Shown here: positions 59,386-64,000 of the stretch, piece after piece
How positions within the stretch are numbered: the first letter of the stretch is position 1
Layout of the letters: every line of letters starts with the position of its first letter
Assembly: GCA_044226015.1 (NCBI GenBank)
Contig: JBGAHS010000005.1
Span: forward strand, 320,001 to 384,000
Length of the DNA stretch: 64,000 bases
DNA from: Candidatus Obscuribacteraceae bacterium
GTDB lineage: Bacteria; Cyanobacteriota; Vampirovibrionia; Obscuribacterales; Obscuribacteraceae
Direction: 5' to 3'
Notes under the pieces: generated by a model
Databases searched by the model: none
What the model was told of the DNA's origin: nothing
Seen by the model: only the letters and a program-made list of their open reading frames with translations
Made by a program: the position numbers and the translations under genes

Positions 59386-60621
59386 CTACTGTGAATTGCT
59401 TCGTGATTTGTCAGAGGGCTCGTGTAAGCCTATAACCTTTGTTCGAGTTCCGTCGCTCTGGGTAAGAACCCATTTTTCTAGCGACTCTACCACTTGTGGT
59501 TTCAAGTACGAGGTTCCAAGCAGTACGTGACCCGCATCTTTGAATTCAATGAGTTCTTTTTTCTCGTTAGGCAAGTTTTTCAAAATTGCGTTGGTCGATT
59601 TGCGACTGACAATACCATCCAACTCGCCTTGAACAATCAGAACCGGAATGCTCGGATCCACTTTCTTAGCTGCTTCAGGCGTAGTTCGAATGAAAAACGC
59701 GGTGCGCAAAATTTCCTTAGGTGTGAGATTGATGCGAGACCTTGGGTCCGCAATCATTTCATCGCTAACGCGCTTGTCGTCGGAAGAGTACTGATCGATG
59801 TACTTTGATACATCCATTTTTTCATCAAGGTGGGTAATTCCTTTCATGAAATCAGGAACTACCATGAATGGATTGAAGTTGCGAGGGCGTGTTCCTGGGC
59901 TGCATAGAATCATGCCATCAGCTGCACCCTTATATCTTCCAAGGCAGTGAGTCGTCACTGCTGCACCGACAGATTCGCCCATTGCGAACACCGGCAAATT
60001 TGGATAAGTAGTCTTCACCTTCTTGAGCAAACTTCCAAGGTCGTCTGCGCTCTTATCGTAATCAACCCTGAAGTTTGGCTGTCCGGCATAGGACTGGTAA
60101 TAGCGTTCGCCATGCCCTCTCAGGTCAAGCCCGATGAAGATGATTCCATCCTTTATGAGCTGCTGAGCCAATGTACCGAAACTTCCAGCATGCTGTGTAG
60201 TTCCATGTACTGCGACTATCACCGCCCGTGGTGATTTAGTCTTATCCTGCCAGCGATAGACGTGCAGCTTCTTAGAGTTTTCTATTTCTTTTTTGACTGT
60301 CCAGTTTTTTGTTTTGCTGGCGCAAGCTTTTTCAGCTTCGAGAATATCGGAACCAACCATATCGGTGATTACACCCACTCTCTTTGCGCGATTCTTGATT
60401 GCAAGAGATGCTGGGTCTGGCTCAGGCAATTTATCGGTGTATACAAGATGAGCTTTGTATTGTTCGTCGATTTTCTTGTCTTTGACTTTGTTTTTCGAAT
60501 CTGTTGCAGCGAAAGATGTCAGCGGAAGTGACGATGTCAACATTCCCACTGCGAGCAAGGACAGGAACAATTTTCTCCTGCTTGCGCCATTGAAACTAAT
60601 ACTAGATTGCACGCCTGACAT
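59386..60621 (-). CDS. Exported alpha/beta hydrolase (lysophospholipase-like)
   Basis: VHG, DLRGHG, GESVG nucleophile, QGELD, GH; twin-Arg-like signal SRRKLFL. Confidence 0.85.
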   Translation of the reverse strand: MSGVQSSISFNGASRRKLFLSLLAVGMLTSSLPLTSFAATDSKNKVKDKKIDEQYKAHLVYTDKLPEPDPASLAIKNRAKRVGVITDMVGSDILEAEKACASKTKNWTVKKEIENSKKLHVYRWQDKTKSPRAVIVAVHGTTQHAGSFGTLAQQLIKDGIIFIGLDLRGHGERYYQSYAGQPNFRVDYDKSADDLGSLLKKVKTTYPNLPVFAMGESVGAAVTTHCLGRYKGAADGMILCSPGTRPRNFNPFMVVPDFMKGITHLDEKMDVSKYIDQYSSDDKRVSDEMIADPRSRINLTPKEILRTAFFIRTTPEAAKKVDPSIPVLIVQGELDGIVSRKSTNAILKNLPNEKKELIEFKDAGHVLLGTSYLKPQVVESLEKWVLTQSDGTRTKVIGLHEPSDKSRSNSQ

Positions 60622-60955
60622 TCCGCGAACCGTTACTACCTATACTACTGCTTTTCTATAGAAATTATGACCGCCAAGTATGATGAACTTGTGAGGAAAT
60701 GTCCGTCATTACTGAGCAAGTTGATAGTCTTTCACTTAACTTGCTATCAAAACCCGTAAGCTGTCCGACCCTGAACTGCAGAGGATTTGCGATGTCCCCC
60801 TGGGCTGTTGCCAATGTGAGGGTTTGTCGCGCTTGATATCTTATACCAGAAGAGGTGAAGCGCGGATTTGATTTATATCATAGAGATAAGAAACCGAAAT
60901 ACGCGCTCTGCACCATCCAGTGTTTTGAAGATGACAAGAAAAAGATTGTCAAAAG

Positions 60956-61315
60956 TTAATTAACGCCAATCAATTCTACGTCGAACACGAGAGTCGCATT
61001 AGGAGGAATAGCTCCTGGGAAACCCTTTGGTCCATAGCCGAGTTCTGGCGGAATAACCAGGGTTCTCTTTCCGCCAACCTTCATGGTAGCGACGCCTTCG
61101 TCCCAGCCTCTGATTACCTGCTGAACACCAAGAACAAATTGGAATGGTTGTCCACGGTCGACAGAGCTATCAAACTTTGTGCCATCGGTCAGCCAGCCGG
61201 TGTAGTGAACTGTCACTTTTTGTTTGGCGTTAGGAGTTGCGCCGTCTCCCACTTGCTTGTCTTCGTACTGAAGTCCAGAAGGAGTTGACTTCAAATTTGC
61301 CTGGTTTACGTTCAT
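60956..61315 (-). CDS. FKBP-type peptidyl-prolyl isomerase
   Basis: [43 protein letters not shown]. Confidence 0.97.
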   Translation of the reverse strand: MNVNQANLKSTPSGLQYEDKQVGDGATPNAKQKVTVHYTGWLTDGTKFDSSVDRGQPFQFVLGVQQVIRGWDEGVATMKVGGKRTLVIPPELGYGPKGFPGAIPPNATLVFDVELIGVN

Positions 61316-61438
61316 GGAGTTAACCTCAAAAGTTGAGGCTCAAGAATAGCAGAAACATATATACGACGGATTTTTATTCGCAAAAAATGTAGGTTTAGCG
61401 ATACACTCGTAATAGCGTCTCCTCATGGTTGAAACGGC

Positions 61439-62479
61439 ATGGATCCGTTGGTCGTAAATACGCGGCAGGGCTTGTATTGCCCGAAAGGTAACTTTTACAT
61501 AGACCCGTGGCGTGCAGTCGACAGGGCTCTGATAACACATGCGCACTCAGATCATGCCAGAAGCGGTAGCAAGAGTTATTTAACTGCAGCGACCGGAGAG
61601 CATGTGTTGCGACAGCGCTTGAGTAAAAAAGCTGTGATAGAAACCGTAGAGTATGGACGGTCAGTCACCATATCTGGTGTTAAGGTTTCTTTCCATTCGG
61701 CAGGACATGTTCTGGGTTCTGCGCAAATTAGATTGGAACACAAAGGGCAGGTTTGGGTCGTTTCAGGTGATTACAAAACAGTGCCCGATTCAACTTGTGA
61801 TGCCTTCGAGCCGGTCAAGTGTCATACCTTTATTACTGAATCTACCTTTGGTCTTCCGATTTATCGTTGGCCATCACCCAGTGAAGTTTCTCGAAGCATT
61901 AATGGCTGGTGGCAGCGCAACCAGGAAAAAGGTCTTGCAAGTGTGCTAATGGGTTATTCATTTGGAAAGGCACAAAGACTTTTGTCGCTTTTGGATCCAT
62001 CCTTGGGTTCTATTTTTGTTCATCCAAAAATCGATTTGATGAACAGAGCTTATATCAATACCGGTATCAAGTTGCATTCCTATCGCAACATTGAAGAGAC
62101 CATGGCTGGCACCAGATTTGCTTCTTCTCTGATTATCACTCCGCCAGGGGCAGATGATGATGTTTGGAGAAGCCGAGTCTATGATGACTACGCAGTGGGC
62201 GTAGCATCAGGTTGGACGCGTGTGCGAAATCGGCAAGCTTACAATTACCATGATGAGTCTTTTGTACTTTCTGATCATGCCGATTGGGATGAATTACTTT
62301 CTGTCATCCGAGAGACCGAGGCCGAGCAGATTATAGTCACGCATGGATTTGTTGACCCATTATTGAAACATTTGAATGGGCGAGGAATTAAAGCAAAATC
62401 CTTCAAAACCAAATTCAATGGTGAAGATAAGCTTGATGAACTCTCTTCTCCCGAAAAGCAAGAGCTGGCACCCGTATGA
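61439..62479 (+). CDS. Ligase-associated DNA damage response exonuclease (MBL/beta-CASP-like)
   Basis: THAHSDHA, AGHVLGSAQ, SGDYK, TESTFGLP, GKAQR, ASGW, LSDHADW, VTHG all intact. Confidence 0.92.
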   Translation: MDPLVVNTRQGLYCPKGNFYIDPWRAVDRALITHAHSDHARSGSKSYLTAATGEHVLRQRLSKKAVIETVEYGRSVTISGVKVSFHSAGHVLGSAQIRLEHKGQVWVVSGDYKTVPDSTCDAFEPVKCHTFITESTFGLPIYRWPSPSEVSRSINGWWQRNQEKGLASVLMGYSFGKAQRLLSLLDPSLGSIFVHPKIDLMNRAYINTGIKLHSYRNIEETMAGTRFASSLIITPPGADDDVWRSRVYDDYAVGVASGWTRVRNRQAYNYHDESFVLSDHADWDELLSVIRETEAEQIIVTHGFVDPLLKHLNGRGIKAKSFKTKFNGEDKLDELSSPEKQELAPV

Positions 62480-64000
62480 AAGCGTTTTCCGATCTCATAT
62501 TCAGTTTGGAACGAGCAGCAGCGAGTCTTGCAACTCGAGTTGAGCTCTGCCAGCAGTATTTCAGTTCAACAAATCGAGCAGCGACCGCTGCAGCTATTCG
62601 CATTTTGCTTGCTCATGAGACAAAGGCTGTATTGAGTTCGGCTCAGGCACGTGAGCTAGCCTGCAAATTCGCGGAGATTGATGCTTGGCTATACGATGAG
62701 TCTTACCGTTCTGTTTCCGATCATGCTGAAACTCTTGCGCTTATAGTGCCGCGTGCAGAACTTCCCGGCACTCTTAGTTTGTGCGATTGCCTGGAGATTC
62801 TGGAGAATTTGAAAGACTCCGCTTGCTCAAGCGCAAAGGCAGAGGACATTTTGAAGGACGCTTGGAATCGGCTATCTGAGCAGGAGAGAATCGTTTTCAA
62901 TAAGATGTTGTTGGGCAGGCTCAACATAAGTGGAACTCGAGTGCTGCTGATTTCTGCTCTCTCCAAAATCTTCGGAGTGTCACATCTAGACGTTGCGTGC
63001 AGATTAGAGTCTCCATTTCTATTCGAAATGTCTGGAATCGATGAGTTGATGAATCATTCGTTTGCAGGCGAAGAAGACATTCATCCGTTCACATTTTGCC
63101 AGGTAAAAGAAGTTTGTTCTGAGCTGGACTTATCTTGTTTGGATTATGACAATCTTGTCGCCGAGTGGAGCTGGAAGGGCATTCGCGCACAATTAATTAA
63201 GCGCAATGGGAAAGTCACATTGTGGTCTTCCGAGTTTGACAATTTAAGCCAATTCTTTCCAGAACTCATTTCGGAGAGCGCTGGGCTTGCTGATGGCACT
63301 GTGATTGAAGGTGTAATCGTTCCATATAAGGATGCTGATGTATTGCCTAAATCAATGCTCTCAGTGAGGCTAAAAAAGAAAGTCCCGACAAGGCAACTGC
63401 TCCAGGAGTCACCAGTTGCATTTATGGCTTACGATCTTCTTGAAGAAGAAGGGCAAAGCCTGTTAAGCCACTCTTTGCAGATGCGTAAACAAAAACTTCT
63501 TGGAGTTTTGAGCAACAAGCGAAATATAAGTTCTGAAGAAGAGTACCAACAGCTTTCTTTGTTTGCTCCCTGCAAAATTCAGCTAAGTAGCAAAATAAAA
63601 GCCTCGCCTTCTTTATCAATTGCAAATGAGAGTGAGCTGAGGAATCTTTTAGCAGATGTGCGGTTGATGAAGGCTGGCGGTCTTATTATGAAAGACCACG
63701 CTGCACCATATACAGTGAGCGAGGGTCAAGCAGTCTGGTTGTCTCTTAGACCTGAGCCGATTTTTCTTAAAGCTGTTCTTGTAGCTGCTCAGGCTGATGA
63801 GAGGCGACGAAACTTTTTTTCGGATTATACTCTTGCCGTCTGGCGGAATGAAGAACTCGTTTCAGTCGTTAGAACCACTGCAAATTTGAGTGATGAGGAA
63901 ATGTGCAGGGTTGATAATTTTGTTCAGCAAAATGTTATTGGAAGGTTTGGGCCAGTCTTGACGGTGAAGCCTCATCTCGTATTCGAGTTAAGTTGTGATG
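62476..64000 (+). CDS. ATP-dependent DNA ligase homologue, 3'-truncated by window, apparently catalytically inactive
   Basis: My translation is open from ATG 62476 (ATGA overlap) to window end; WLYDESY..V.D.AETLAL, ERIVFNK, AYDLLE, DYTLAVW, RFGPV..V.P.LVFE retained; motif I reads EWSWKG. Confidence 0.9.
   Translation, partial: MKAFSDLIFSLERAAASLATRVELCQQYFSSTNRAATAAAIRILLAHETKAVLSSAQARELACKFAEIDAWLYDESYRSVSDHAETLALIVPRAELPGTLSLCDCLEILENLKDSACSSAKAEDILKDAWNRLSEQERIVFNKMLLGRLNISGTRVLLISALSKIFGVSHLDVACRLESPFLFEMSGIDELMNHSFAGEEDIHPFTFCQVKEVCSELDLSCLDYDNLVAEWSWKGIRAQLIKRNGKVTLWSSEFDNLSQFFPELISESAGLADGTVIEGVIVPYKDADVLPKSMLSVRLKKKVPTRQLLQESPVAFMAYDLLEEEGQSLLSHSLQMRKQKLLGVLSNKRNISSEEEYQQLSLFAPCKIQLSSKIKASPSLSIANESELRNLLADVRLMKAGGLIMKDHAAPYTVSEGQAVWLSLRPEPIFLKAVLVAAQADERRRNFFSDYTLAVWRNEELVSVVRTTANLSDEEMCRVDNFVQQNVIGRFGPVLTVKPHLVFELSCD

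Noticed and set aside
60622..60955. Cys-containing micro-ORFs and a hairpin between the hydrolase and FKBP genes
   Set aside because: All under about 46 aa with poor start context; cannot be supported.
61316..61438. LexA box upstream of the nuclease/pseudo-ligase operon
   Set aside because: No convincing match to cyanobacterial, Gram-positive or E. coli LexA consensus by eye.

Overview
Gene-dense chromosomal window of a Gram-negative bacterium. Gene content (IctB-like O-antigen ligase next to DUF4330, long-form HflX, several Hanks-type Ser/Thr kinases, TPR proteins, giant low-complexity proteins, no photosynthesis genes, few HIP1 octamers) suggests a non-photosynthetic cyanobacterial relative (Vampirovibrionia/Melainabacteria, Obscuribacterales-like); this placement is inference. 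Recognisable genes include rplJ-rplL with an L10 leader, tatD, glcD, hflX, fmt-rsmB, a TetR/old-yellow-enzyme module with visible operators, skp, a heptose-7-P kinase, htrA, gldA, FKBP, tRNA-Val(GAC) and tRNA-Cys(GCA). I saw no transposase, integrase, prophage or CRISPR array. Main observations: (1) an ORF missing from the supplied track (62476 to window end) encodes an intact ATP-dependent DNA ligase homologue with nearly every catalytic residue replaced and a perfect QLSLF beta-clamp motif, coupled to an apparently active MBL-fold exonuclease; (2) two unannotated structured minus-strand RNAs (about 29778-30003 with its own promoter; about 24912-25025 with its own terminator); (3) a trypsin-like protease with a C-terminal HTH, clustered with a kinase and a giant LysM protein; (4) a thioredoxin-like protein paired with a Cys-loop membrane Ser/Thr kinase; (5) a possible Sm/Hfq-fold small protein coupled to fmt. 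All family assignments are from motif recognition by eye; no searches were run.
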